Below, piece by piece: positions 23,830-37,846 of a stretch of DNA of 64,000 nt. The notes under the pieces are model-generated. The model was not told the origin of the DNA. It did not search any database and worked only from the letters and a program-made list of their open reading frames with translations. A program made the position numbers and the translations under genes. Origin of the DNA: Octopus vulgaris (Eukaryota); the NCBI GenBank assembly GCA_951406725.2, contig OX597825.1, positions 11,160,001 through 11,224,000 on the forward strand. The letters are read 5' to 3'. How positions within the stretch are numbered: the first letter of the stretch is position 1; every line of letters begins with the position of its first letter.

Positions 23830-26609
23830 TTAAACCTGGCATTGCTGTGGAGTTAAGGACTCTGCTTTTTAACTATGTCATTAGGAGTTCAGTGTCATTG
23901 TGTGGTACCTTGGGCAGGTGTCTTTTATTATAAGTCTTGGTTCAACCAAGGCTTTGTGTGTGAAATTTGGTTGATGGAAGCCGTGTAGAAGCTTATTAGA
24001 GGAATAATATCTTTTCTGATTTAATACCACTCTGTTGCAAATATTCAGGTAAGTTTTCTGGTTTAAGGATAACCAAATTCTATCCTCCCACTAATCACAG
24101 GATACCAAAATGGCTCATAAATGGAGCCCTTCTACTCCTCTGAGTATGCCATGAAAAATGGCAAAACTTATTGCTTCACAATTACTTTCAGGTCACTGTT
24201 CATCAAAAATGCGCAATATTAAATCTTAATACATAGTTGCAGGTGTGGCTGTGTGGTAAGAAGTTTGCTTCTTCACCATTTGGTTCTGGGTTCAGTCCCA
24301 CTGCATGGCATCTTGGGCAAATGTCTTCTATGATAGCCTTGGACTAATGAAAGCCTTGTGAGTGGATGTGGGAGATAGAAACCGAAAGCAGTTCGTTGTG
24401 TGTCCGTGTGTCCAACTCATGCCAACATGGAGACTAGACGTTAAATGATGATGATATGTCACTACTTGACAACTGGTGTTGGTGTGTTTACATTCTCATA
24501 ATTTAGTGGTTTGGCGAAAGTAACTGATAGAATAAGTATCAAGCTTAAAATAATGGAAAATACTGGGGTTGATTTGTTCAACTGAAAATTCTTCGAGGTG
24601 GTTCCTCAGCATGGCTGCATTCTGCTGAGTGAACCAAAGATATTTCTTGTTGAGAGGAAAGGGATGTGTCAAGTATTGCTTTCTAATTTGTAGTTTGCGA
24701 GATCAAATCTGTTGTAAGCCCTTCATTGTGTTTTTTTTTTGCAGGACACTTATTTTGTTCCCCTACTTGTTTTAGTTTAGCTCTGTATCAGCAATGACCT
24801 AACAGTCTTATGATCAGAGCCATTTCAGCTTTGATCATCGTCTTTTAAGTTATTTCAGACTACATGGTCTAACATGTCCTTCCTTGACCTGTTTGTCAAT
24901 AGGGACAAGACTCAGTGACGCTTTGACAATAACTTATTTGAAAGATTTTTCTTCCTGCTTTTTGCCATGAAATCAACCACCATTTTTAGAGCCTCTTTAC
25001 AAATTAGATTAATTTCGCAAGGTTAAAAACTGAACTCCGTATACAATTTCAGTCAAAAAGATAAAAAGAATTGGTAACAGTAAATCATTCTGTTTTACTG
25101 TCTTTTACATTTTTCTCCACCTTCAGAATGATTAATATTAAGACTAAAATTTTTTGTTTTATTTTGGATAAAATATATGTAAAATCTTTTGTTTTTGCTC
25201 TTGTCATTGTTGACATGATAACAACTTATAAAGACTTGTCTACACTTAATTTATATCTTTTTAAAAAACATGAATTATCTTGTTATATCAGGGAAAATTG
25301 TTTATATACTTATAGACCTACTATTTTCTCTTGGGAAACACAAATCTTTGTTTAATGTTGAATAATAGATCTGATTCCTCATCTTCTACGTTAGTCATAT
25401 AAAATATGAAATCCTATTCAATAAGTTTGCTCAAAATTATTTTGCCGAGATATTTTCTTAGATTTCTCCTGACATTTATTCACTGTGCGTGTGTGTGTGT
25501 TTGTATATCTTTTTTTCTTACGGTAACCATTCTGTTTTGTTTTGTACTTAAGTGATTATGTCCTTTGGTATCTGGCTACTTCTATAATTCTACAGAAACT
25601 CCAGTACATTGTGCTGATATTTATTTAGCATAGGTAAAAATAATGATTTTTACTAAAGGCAAATGATGAAAAGAAATTCTCTTTCTTTCACTTTTCAATA
25701 TTTCCTTTTAATGTGTCTTTTATTCGTAATCCAAAGATAGCAAATCACTATGAATGTCTATCATTTACAACATCGTCTACTGTCTCTTTTCTAACAAGAC
25801 AAAATCTTTTCTTTTGTTGGAATATTAGCATCATTGGAAACAAGACTTTTATCTTTTGAAGGAGCCATTTGCCTATTATCTATATAACTTGGCTTAGCTT
25901 ATGCACGTCATTAAAAGCTCACTCGTATGACACCAAACCTAAATTATCTTCTAATATAGATTATAAATGCTTATAAAAATCAATCTTATATTTTTATGTT
26001 TGGCCATTCTTATTGTATGTTACTACTATCTTTTTTTTTTTTTTTGTGCGTTCTTTATGTTTGTTCTCGGAATTCTTTGTTGACATATTTGCATTGCTTT
26101 TAGTCAGCAAACCAGAAACATAGATCTCTAATTCAGCAATTTGTTATTTTCATACACATTTTGATTTCTATTATATGTGTAAGTGGCTTATATTTGCTAA
26201 TAATCTTCTTTCAGATGGTTATTCCATTGTATTTATTTGGCTGTTAAATATACGTCTTTATAATACATTTATATTATCTATTATAATTAGGATACATGAA
26301 TAGATCTTTAAAGTGGCATGTTGTACAGATAAATTAATAGAATAGTTTAATTTGTCTCGGCAGTTTTAATTATTTTATGGAACATATTCTCATTAGAATC
26401 CCAGTTTGGACGAAATTATTTAATTAAAAAGTAATTAACTTCATATGTTATTTTTTTCTTAATGTAAATGTCCTGACTGTTATTATGTAGAAGTCTCTTT
26501 GGTAAAGATTTATGTTAATGCAAAAGAAACCTTATATCCTATTTCTATTACCTAATTTGTAGAATTTGCAAGATGTTGATGTCTCTTAATTAATAATACG
26601 CATGCATGT

Positions 26610-26644
<35 letters not shown>

Positions 26645-27621
26645 GTAATGTCTATTCAGAGCCCAGGTTTTTAAGTGACCATTCCATCTTTTTTAAAGTC
26701 ATCGACAACTGATGTACTTTTTTTCAGAAAGGTAGGATGTGATTTAAGGGAGATTTGACTACTATTTCTGGCAGGTCAAGCTGTCAAGTAGAGGGTTCCT
26801 TGGTCATAAATATATGATTTATATTCTATATAAGGAAAATATTAGTAATTTCTTGCGAACAATATATGTTTGAATTTCAATATAGAAAAAGTATTAGATG
26901 GTTTATGGTGTATTGAAACTGAGAATTATCTGAGGAAAGTGTGTATGTGTTACTTGGTGTTAGGAAGGGCATTCAGCTGTAGAAACAATACCAAAGCAGA
27001 CATTGGAGCTTGGCATTGTCTTCTAGCTCACCATCTACTGTAAAACTCTCCAACCTTTGCCAGCATGGATATTAACTGATGATGATGAACAGTGGGGTAT
27101 AATTTTAAATAATCCTGTGGTTGACTTCTGTGTTTCTCTGTATATCACATTTTTCATTTCATTTTGAATATCATGAAGTTTTTCAAATTTTACATCTAGG
27201 TGTATTAAATTTTGCTACTTAATGCTTGTCATAACATCACCTGTCTTCCCATAATATTGTTATCTGGCAGTATAAATTTATTGCTAGAGAAGACAATATC
27301 TAGTTTATCTTACAATTGGTTAAATTCATTTGACTCTGTAAATGTTAAGAAAAAAAGAAGTTTGTTGTAAATTCATTTTAATAATAAACAACCAACATAA
27401 GAGGCAAAATGGCAGAATTATTTTTAGAACACTTGGCAAAATGCCAAGTGGCATTTCGTTCATCTTAAGTTCTGAGTTCAAATTCCGCTGAGGCAAACCT
27501 TGCCTTTTATCCTTTTGGGGTTGATAAAATAAGTACCAGCTGAACACTGGAGCCAATGTAATCAATTATCTCCTCCCCCTGAAATTGCTAGCCTTGTGCC
27601 AAAATTTGAAACCAATATTAA

Positions 27622-27842
27622 CCCTTTCATTACTGTATTTATTTTGAGATGCTCTGTGTTTCTTTCAATTCATTTGAAATATAACAAAGAATTTAGTAAA
27701 ATAAGTTGGTTATCATTAAGCTAGTGTTTGGAATATAAATTGTGACTAAGGTTCGGTAGAAGATTTTAATTCGAAACTTATGAAAACAAAACATTTGTAC
27801 TCAAAGCCAGAGCCGGTTTCAGCCAGGTTGATAACGAAAGGG
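27622..27842. mobile_element. piggyBac-type MITE (same family)
   Basis: TTAA TSD with the same TIRs and interior. Confidence 0.9.
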
Positions 27843-30189
27843 TTAAATAATCACTAAACATTAATTAATTACACTTTATTTGTAGAACTTGTGGGTATCA
27901 TGCATTACTATCTTTATGATATTCTACAAAGGGACTTTAAATTCTTTTCTTTTGTAAATTTCTTCTCTTAAACTGTAAGCTGCCTGTGTGTATTTAATTA
28001 ATTGAATACACAATAAAAAATGTTCAACACTTTTAAGAGGTCATTGGCTTGATTCTGATTGTAAGCAGAACTGGATTAAACTGGAAGTGGCTAACTTGAA
28101 AGCTTCCCACTATAATTGGATTAAAATTTCAGTAGTATAATACGTTATATTGATTAATATACTTAAACATTCTACCGGAGAAAACGTTAGTGATTAAATG
28201 ATTTTGAACTACTTTCTAATTACAACTAGTAAATACTTTTCATTGTTAAAATAGCTGTTGGTAGTTAACGAAACCTTTTAATTTAGGTAATTAAGTTGTC
28301 TACTTTGATTTCTGTGTAAGCCCACAGTGACAGGTATAGCAAAAGAACTCCCCCTGTTATTTGAACTGTTGTACTCTCTCTTGACTGGTATTTAAATTTG
28401 GAGGCGAGCTGGCAGAAACGTTAGCACGTCGGGCGAAATGCTTAGCGGTATTTCGTCTGCCGTTACGTTCTGAGTTCAAATTCCGCCGAGGTCGACTTTG
28501 CCTTTCATCCTTTCGGGTCGATTAAATAAGTACCAGTTACGCACTGGGGTCGATATAATCGACTTAATCCATTTGTCTGTCCTTGTTTGTTCCCTCTGTG
28601 TTTAGCCCCTTTTGGGTAGTAAAGAAATAGGTATTTAAATTTGGAGATTTGTTGTTCATCTACTTCATGTCACATAAACTTAGAAATATGTACTGGCTCG
28701 GGGCAGTATGGAAATGTGGAAAATAACAAACATGAATATTCCGATATGGTGGCTAACGAGTATTATGCATATTTAGTTGTAAAAACATCTCTTATGAAAT
28801 AAAAAAATGCACGTTAATAATGTTACAGAAAAAAATCAATGTTAGCTTTCTGCTGATATAGCATATTTAAGTAAATTACTATAACACGTACTACACAAAT
28901 ATACAATTTATTTCAAACATGTACTCTGTTATTGACACCAACGGCCGTTGTTAAGGAGACCCTAGCCAGATTTACTTGAGTAGTAGAGGCATGAAGCTAG
29001 TTAAGTGAACTCTTTAGGAACAGCTCACAAGTCTAACAAGCCATTTGATTTCATGGGTTGTAAGCCAATAATTCAATATTTCATTCAATCAACTACAATG
29101 ACCACAGAAACAACGGCAAAAATGCTATCGTGTTACGTAAATTAATACTTGATGAATTTTAATATCTTGTTTTCCATGTTGGCATGAGTAGAGGGTCTGC
29201 AAACAATCTTTCTCCACGTTCCTCTAACCTTATGCTATGCACAGCTCAGTGTTTTCACATCTGGCCTAATTATTTCTTCCTAGTGTTTTATATTTGCACT
29301 ATTTTTTGCAATATTTCCTTCCACAATGGATAATATGGATTTTTTTGTCTCCTGAATTCTCTCTCCTGCATACCTTGAGCAATCCTTTTGGATATCTGGT
29401 TATTTTTTTTTTTTTTTACTCAGTTTCAAATACTTTTTCCCTCTTATAATATCATTAATGCATTAAACCTCTGACATGGTTTCATAGAAAGAATACTTCA
29501 TTTTTAACTTGGTTAATGTTCCTGGAACCGTTTCTAGCCCTCTTTTTGAAAATGAGAAGATAGACTGGATAAGTGGAGATGGAAATCATCATCATCATCG
29601 TTTAGCATCCGCTTTTCATGCTGGCATGGGTTGGACGGTTCAACTGGGGTCTGGGAAGCCCTTCCTAACGCCAATAAGTATTGTAATATAATATTGGTTT
29701 CAAATTTTGGCACAAGGCTAGCAGCTTTGGGGCAGGGGCTAAGCTGGTTACATCCCTCCCAGTCCTCTACTCGTACTTATTTTATCGACCCCAAAAGGAT
29801 GAAATGCAAAGTCATCATCGGCAGAATTTGAACTCAGAATGTGCTGACAGACAAACTGCCACTAGGCCTGGTGTACTAATGATTCTGCCTGCTCACCACC
29901 TTGTGATGTAATGTTGAAGCATGAATTCATATACAAATATCTATCTTCAGATGAGTGAATTTAGATATTGCTGATCAGTCTCTAAAAGTAACAGACAAGT
30001 CTCTCAAAATCATACATCGCTGTCTTAAAGAAGGAAGACCATATTTGATAATGTTCTTTATAATAGACTGTCTGAAGAAAAAAATAATAGTATGTTCTTG
30101 GTTAGAACTTCTTTGACCATAGGTAAGCTACAGCATTTACACCAACTACTGTTCTATTCTTTTTAATAAAACTAATTTCAATGATTTGA

Positions 30190-30720
30190 GAGATGATGTC
30201 TTCTGCATCTGGCCATAGACTATGAGACAGCAGTATAAGATCATTTGCATAAACAAGGTGTTTCAAGCTGTTTTTATAAGGTCCATTGAATTTCCACTTC
30301 GCCTGTCTGCTGTAATGTTCTTTATAATGTAATTGATACTGTCAAGAACAACAAAGAGGTTGAGACAGTTTGGTAGACTGCAGTTTTCACTGAGATTCCT
30401 TAACAATTTTCCATTATGGAGAACTTTGTAGGATATTCATTCAAGCTTTTTATGTGCCTGGGTTGGATCGTCAACCAGACCATTGATACTATTACTGATG
30501 TTAAAAGCCAAGATTGGCAAAGTGTGTGTTCCTCCTGCTGGATAATATTTGGAAGTTGAGGCTCATCCCAGGGACACTAAGGTCTGCAGTTCCATTGTAT
30601 GGGGCTAAGATGTTGAGATATTTGGAAGTTGCTTGGAATCCATTGGAAATCAGCAACATAGTTTTTGGTGAGCAAACTTAATAGACCTCCAGTGATGTAG
30701 AGATCAAATGGAAAAAGTGG
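30190..30720 (-). mobile_element. degenerate RTE-like reverse transcriptase fragment
   Basis: Minus strand IQWTL..QL..LVYANDLILLSHS, a YADD-like motif, with many disruptions. Confidence 0.55.
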
Positions 30721-32048
30721 CATTGGAATGCACACACCCTTAGGGGACTCCAGCACAACTTTGCCTTGCAGACCCTCAGGTAAAACTCCTAGGGTACAAG
30801 TGAGGACTGTCAAAGAACTCCCTAGTGATGGGACCGAGAAGAGGAAAGAAGATCTGGTTGGAGCTAGGAGCAGTTGGAGAGGAAGATCAAGGAAAATTGG
30901 AGGGAAAATTAAGGTTCTGAGTGAGAGAAAGAATTTCAATGAATTTGTCACAAAAATATTATTTAACATTTTAATATGAATTTTATTTGATCAGTTTGAA
31001 TTTTCATTTAATAACATTTCATTAATCACTAAAAATTTGATTAACTTTAAATAATTTATTAATTTTGGTGTTACATTTTTAAAAATATTAACTTGGCTTT
31101 GATATTAACTGGATCAAACCCCTTCAATTTTTCTTTAACAACCATTTCAGTCTTTTGAGTTTGTTTTCTTTCCTTATCAGACTTTGTAAGTTTTGAATGG
31201 TTCATTTTTTGCATGTGATTTTTACCTGTTTTTCTGATTGTGTTTTCAATAGACAAAGTTGCCAATTTGTACTATTTCTCCATGGCGTAGTGGTTAAAGT
31301 TGTTGAAATCCTTCTGTAAGCTTTTGAGTTCCATCTTAGCTCACATTGCACTGATTAACCAATAGACACATGAGAGTTTAAAATGTGTTTTTAAAAAATA
31401 TGAAAATGTTAGCAGTGTAAAATATTTTCCCAGTGAATGTATTGCTAAATTAAAGAAGTTGATAAGTCCTATTTTCTCTATATATGTATTTTAACACCAT
31501 CATTATTATCACAATGACATTAATTAAATAATTATCTCTGAGTAAGTCTTTCATTAAAACAGTATAGTTTTCCTGATTGATTATTGTTTGTAGTAAAGAA
31601 ACCTCTGTTTGGGTAAAATAAAGGTTGGATTGTTCTCTGTTTGGTTAGCCATAAAGAAAGATCTATATCCCCCCTTTTTCTATAGGCTATCATATATATT
31701 TTTAATTACTAATTTATTATTAATTGTTTTGTCCACTATCTATTGTTTGCCGCTGTGATCATTTGGTGCAGTATATAACAGAACCTTTTTTTCCTAAACT
31801 CAATCTTAGTACATTCTTTTTATTCAACATAATTTTTCCTGATAAATAACATTTTGGAAATTCTAAAACAATAAACTAATTATACATTTTTATAAATTGT
31901 TTTAAAATCTGATAATGTTATTTGATGTGTGTGTCTGTCTGTATGTATGTGTGTGTGTGTGTGTATATATATGTATATATATATACACACATAAGTACCG
32001 CATTCATGTGAATTAATTGGAACTCTCTTGAATCTTAATTGCTTTTAC

Positions 32049-32085
<37 letters not shown>

Positions 32086-32178
32086 TCACCGGAGTAAGCA
32101 CATAAATGTGAAACAAGGTTGAAAAAAGAGTACTCAAATACCAGAGGTAGAGTAATATGCTTTATTTGTTAAACAAAA

Positions 32179-32216
32179 CTGTCCGACGAACGGGAACGTG
32201 AAACTCCGAGTAACAG
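32179..32216 (+). ncRNA. hammerhead motif, core variant CCGACGA (same family as 22397-22445)
   Basis: CUGU-CCGACGA-ACGGGAACGU-GAAA-CUCCGAG-UA-ACAG inside a short repeat flanked by (TA)n. Confidence 0.6.
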
Positions 32217-32516
32217 CTTTTGTTATATTTCTGCTGCTTTTAAATAAAGTATATATATTTATATATATATACATACATATCGTTTAAGTATTTGAAGTTG
32301 AATATGAAAGAGGTCATTTGCTGTTTGTAAATTTATGACCCTTTTCTACAAGTTGATTCTTTCATTGCCTTGATTTGTTATTGATGTTTTGGTTTGTCCA
32401 AGAATGAAGTCCTGCCAGTCAACTTTATTTTGTTACTTTCTCTTACATTTCACTTTGTCATTTATATTGTTTTTCTCTCATTAGTAGCTATAGCCAACAT
32501 ATTCGTAGTGACCAGC

Positions 32517-32574
32517 TAACAAGTTCAGGCATATTCTTTTTATTTGTGGCTATTTAACATGATACAACTTGTTC
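32517..32574. promoter_or_regulatory. degenerate p53-response-element-like decamer pairs upstream of the deltaN exon
   Basis: TAACAAGTTC-AGGCATATTC (32517-32536) and TAACATGATA-CAACTTGTTC (32555-32574), each with zero spacer, compared to RRRCWWGYYY x2. Confidence 0.35.
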
Positions 32575-32746
32575 TTCATACTGTTAGTCATTATAATATA
32601 TACTATATTTATTAAGATGTTTTTCTCCACAACACTAGAATTGGAATTTTAACTTCTTAATCTAGTTAATTTTGTAGGGTTTTATTCTGGAACTATTTTA
32701 TCTGTTTGCATATATATATATATGTGTGTGTGTATATATATTTATA

Positions 32747-32785
32747 ATGATCAAGGTTGAAAGAAGGGGGTTTACAACTTATCCG
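32747..32785 (+). CDS. p53: alternative first exon of a deltaN isoform (MIKVERRGFTTYP)
   Basis: ATG followed by 12 codons and a CCG|gtaagt donor, phase 0 into the exon at 37754. Resembles the recalled bivalve deltaNp63/p73 N-terminus (MIKFERTGFTTYR-like). Confidence 0.85.
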
Positions 32786-34110
32786 GTAAGTAGAAAGAAA
32801 ACTAATAATAATAAAAAAAACGGTTACAAGTGATAGGCTAATTCTGTTTTGAAAATTTCTGTGCTTTTCTATTTTCTCAAATATGTAATTATGTTAAATG
32901 AGAGAAAAGTAGTTATTAACACTCACATTACTGTAATCATGTGAAAAAAGTAGCTGTTAAATAATTGATTATTGTAATATTTTCATATTACATTATTGAT
33001 ATCTTCTTAAAAGCTTTTAGCTTTTTCATTCTCTTTTTTTATTCATCATTTCATAAAATATCACCATAACAAAAAAGAAAAGTAACAGTTTTATTAATTA
33101 TGTTTTTGTTCTGCAATGTTTAGCAAACGGAATTATTTACTGTAATATTTTAGATACGTACTTATCTGTCGTTCGTATGCATTTCTCTTGTGATCTCCGT
33201 AGCAGTAAAGTAACTTTTTATCAGTTTCTTAATGTTAAGCTAAATGCATCACAATTCTTACTAATCAGAATATATCATTAAAAATGACTATACGACTATT
33301 AATTTGTGCAAAATTTTTTTTGAGCAGTTTAAAGTAGTTTCAATCAAGTCACAGTTTTATTGTGCTCTTTCACTTGAGGTGGTTTTAAGTGTAAACAAAA
33401 ACATGTGCAGCTTGTCAGCACAACTATTACTATAGTGATTGAATAGTGATAAATGACTTTCATGAATTTTTTATTTGTTTCATATATATATATATATATA
33501 TATACATATATATATTTACATTTGATTGATAAAATAAAAATTATCTTTTGGTAGTTTTTTTTTTTTTTTTAGTAAATTCTGATTCATTTTAGAATATATC
33601 TTTACAGTCTAAATTTCATGCTGTGTCAATAAAATACCTGTTCGTGGAAAAACCAAATTTTAAAAAATTATAAAAACTAACAATATTTTATGTACTTATT
33701 CTGTCCATGTGACATAGGCTATCAGTCTGAGATTTGTTTGTAGCACACGTGATACTGAAGCTGCTGTTTATCATTGTGAGACCTTTATGTAAAAGTAACA
33801 TCTTTATATTTTTCCTGATGTTTTCGTTAAAAAAAATTGATTAGTTCTAATTAGCTTGAAAAACTTGTATTGGCAATTATAGAGGGTGACTGAGATAGAA
33901 TTCATCTCAAAGGGTTTGGATTGAAGAATGTGTATCAAAACATTTAATTCTCTTAAGTTCTTATGTATATGAACTATTGATGTATACATTAAAAAAATGT
34001 TTTAGGAAAAAAAATGAAAACTATGAACAATACAGTACAATAATGTTCAAAATGTGACCGCGATTTTTTTTTCCTTTGTCTTCCTTTCTTTGGATCTTTT
34101 CTTCTCCTAT

Positions 34111-34145
34111 GTTTCCGACGAAGAGCTCCGCTCGAAACGTTAAAC
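34111..34145 (+). ncRNA. hammerhead motif, core variant CCGACGA (second family)
   Basis: GUUU-CCGACGA-A-GAGC-UCC-GCUC-GAAAC-GUU-AAAC. Confidence 0.6.
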
Positions 34146-35917
34146 CCTCCTTCTTTCCTGAGTGTCCAATAATACTGTATTTGTTCCACGTCCTCGCGTT
34201 GTTGTGTTTTTTTGTGCTTTCATGTTTGGATTAACAATAACGTTCAGCTCTTTTGGTACCTATCTACATATGATTATATGATTCTTTGTTATTACAATGA
34301 AAACTTCACTAATTTTAAATATTTAAATCTTCCATATAAGAACCATTTATTATGTTACATTCCAAACACTGACTTAAAGGAAGCTATTTTACTAAATCTA
34401 CACCAGCTCCGGATAATTTGCAAAATTAATTTAAGCACATAGGTAGTATGTCTCATTAGAAATATTGTTATGAGAAGATTAGGGTTAAATTTGAGGTAAA
34501 TTGTTATGTAGGTAATTAAAAAAAAAAAAATCTGAATTTTCTGAAATGTATCTAATGTTATTGTTAACACAGAAAGAAATAAACTAAATTGAGCTATATT
34601 TCTTTGTCCCTTTAAGCATTACTTTAGTTGGTTTTAGCAAAGGTTAGTAATATTTTCCCTAGATCAGTAACTTCGTGTTTTAACATTGAAACAATTATAA
34701 TACTCCACTTTCATTGACTGTTTACAGTTTTATATACAAGACATTGTATATAACACTATGTATATAACCCACCAGTTCAAACATTTCCATAGGGACATTT
34801 TATCTGAATACAAATTCTAAAATTTTTCCAACTGTAAAATGCTGCAGCTTACTAAAATGTACTAACTTCTATTCAAGCACAATTATATTTTTGACTAACA
34901 AATGTATATTCATTCCATTTTGCTACTACTACTACTACAATAATTATGTTCTTTAATGTTCACTGTTTGGCTTCCCTTAAATTTGTTGCAACTATTTACT
35001 TCATAATAATTATTTCATCATTGTTTAACGTCCGTTTTCCGTGCTAGCACGGATTGGACGGTTCGACCAGGGATCTGGGAAGCCAGGAGGCTGCACCAGG
35101 CACCAGTCTGATCTGGCAGTGATTCTACAGCTGGATGCCCTTCCTAACGTCAACCACTCCGTGAGTGTAGTGGGTGCTTTTTACGTGCCACCGGCACAGG
35201 TGCCAGGGGAGTCTGGCAGCGGCCACGATCGGTTGGTGCTTTTTACGTACCACCGGCACAGAAGCCAGTCAAGGCGGCGCTGGCATCAGCCACGTTTGGT
35301 TGGTACTTTTTACGTGCCACCGGCACAGAAGCCAGTCAAGGCAGCGCTGGCATCAGCCATGTTCGGATGGTGCTTCATTTTGTATATTTTTTGTGAACAA
35401 TAGCATCCTAGGTCAGGGGTTTTGTTTTCAATGTGTCACTCATTAGATCACTACATTTAAGATGGATGAGAGCACCTAGAAAGTGTTTGCAACGCAGATG
35501 AAACAAATACCCAAGGGTATTTTTGTTTGAAAGCACCAGGTGGTTATAAGGGTTTTTTTTGCCAACATTTACCTTGGTGAACGGCACATGCACATGTATG
35601 CATATATATGACCTACTTCTGCACAATTTTTGTTCACCAAATTCCACTCAGAATATAAGTACAGGCTTGACAGTGTGGTTAAGATGTTTGCTTCCCAACC
35701 ATATCATTCTGGGTTCAGTCCCACTGCATGGCACTTTGGGCAAGTGTCTTCTACTATAGCCTCAGGTTGACCAAAGCTTTGTGAGTGGAATTAGTAGACA
35801 GAAGTTGAAAAAAGACTGTGTGTGTATATTTATGTTACCTTGTCTTGACAGTGTATTATAGTTGTAAACAAGTGTCCCTGTCATACAAGCAGTGTCATTC
35901 ATTACTAATATTCAGTG

Positions 35918-36377
35918 AGATACCCTTCCCCTAACCAATCCTAACTAACCCTAAATCTAAAATAGATTGAAATGCAAAAAAACGGCAGTTTTTTCTAGCG
36001 GTGTCATATGAAACTGTCACCCAAAATTATGACCCTAGTATCGATCTATTGCATTTCAATCTATTTTAGATTTAGGGTTAGGGGTGGGGGGAAGAGTATC
36101 TTTTTTTCTTTACAAATGTAAATAAACCCAATCTGTTTCTTAAACGAGGGACATATTCATATGGCATAGAATGTTTTCACCTCAATAGACGGTCATTGGT
36201 TGAAATTGCCGAAACGCAAGAAATTAAAGACCAAATATCTTACAAACTATAGAATTTTCTCAATAAAGCCAAGAGAAAAAGATGTTTTATAAACACATTC
36301 TACCAGTATATGAAGTTTAAAATTTTTTAGTTACCTAGAAATTATGTTAAAAACTGCCGTTCAAACCGAAAAGATCC
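35918..36377. mobile_element. truncated copy of the fold-back element family
   Basis: Matches the centre and right arm of 8464-9268, ending gttcaaaccgaaaagatcc. Confidence 0.85.
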
Positions 36378-37192
36378 CTGTTTCATTCAGTAATACTCTC
36401 CAACCTTAGCCAACTATTGAGGCACCTTTTTTTTTAAAACTCTAATTGCAGTATATTTTCATGTTTCAACACTCGAACCAGATAGTCGTTACAAGAAAAA
36501 TTTACTCTTTCGTAAGACCTAGTTGTTACACCTAGTATGTTTGTTGCTACTTGTAAAGTTACACACTATGTAACATCATTAATTTAGTCTTTCTTTTCAA
36601 AGACGGCTATATTATGAACCTTCCTTCTTTTCCTTTAGCTTATGTTACTGCAATAAAGTCACTTTCAACCATTTAAGTTCCATAGTAATTACTCTAAATT
36701 CATTCGCTGCTGCTCTCCACACCCCATCACCTTTCTGACATGAGTTATGAATTACACTCTTCTTACCTTAGGCATTATAAAGCAGAAACTATTATGGATT
36801 TTACTGTACAAGTTAATGCAATAAAGGATTGCTATTCTTTTTGACAAATTAGAATTAACAAATGTTAGTTTTTGTAGAAACCTAGACCTTGAGGTGATAA
36901 TACTATGACCTAGAAGAAAACCTGGCTTCTACTGTTAGTTCAATGTCTCTATGTTTTAAAGTCTTTGAGTTTAAGATAAATATTAGCAATGTACATGGGT
37001 TAAGTTAACTTGCAATATATTCTCTCTACACTGTGACTATAAGAAACTGTTCTCTCAGATTTGGTAGAAATACTGCGATGGGACCAAATATTTAGTCCTC
37101 TTTCTTAGCAGGATTCTAAGTTCAAAAACTGGTGGTTTCAACTTCAATTTTCCTTTTTTGTGTCTGAGGTAGAAGCAATATATATATGCGTA

Positions 37193-37400
37193 ATCATCAT
37201 CATTTAACGTCCGCTTTCCATGCTAGCATGGGTTGGACGGTTCAACTGGGGTCTGTGAAGCCAGAAGGCTGCTTCAGGCCCAGTCTGATCTGGCAGTGTT
37301 TCTATGGCTGGATGTCCTTCCTAACGCCAACCACTCTGTGAGTGTAGTGGGTGCTTTTTACGTGCCACCCGCACAGGTGCCAGACAGAGCTGGCAGACGT
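37193..37400 (-). mobile_element. RTE-type 3'-end repeat
   Basis: Same family as 933-1185. Confidence 0.85.
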
Positions 37401-37753
37401 AATGTGTAAATTATATGTTCACAGGTGGCTTTATTAGTTAAATGACTGATATACAATGAAATATTGGAGTATTGACTACTTAAATGCCAAAGCTGGCTGT
37501 TAGTGACTGCCAATACACTTTACCAATAAAATCACTTTGTGACAAGCCATGTATAATGATAGTAACCTGTTATCTAACTAAGCCTGTAATTGTAACTATG
37601 TTTCCAATGAATTTGAGGAAAAGTATGAATGTGATATCTTCTTGTTTTCAATTTCCCATGACTCTATCGATTGCTGCTAATATTTACATTAATTATTATT
37701 GTTATTATTATTATTGTTGTTACTTACATATATTTTCTCTTCCTTTCTTTCAG

Positions 37754-37846
37754 TTAAATCCCATAATGGGCCAGTCACACAATCAGCTGGGTTTAAATGA
37801 CTGTCAGCCAAGTGTTCTTGGAAATACCTGTAATTACGATGAAGTA
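37754..37846 (+). CDS. p53: p53-family exon (LNPIMGQSHNQLGLNDCQPSVLGNTCNYDEV)
   Basis: Strong pyrimidine tract and tttcag acceptor, GTA|gtgagt donor, phase 0-0. Confidence 0.9.

Noticed and set aside
31071-31265. Lys-rich 64-aa minus-strand ORF
   Set aside because: No recognisable motif; it sits next to decayed LINE sequence and is likely a repeat remnant.
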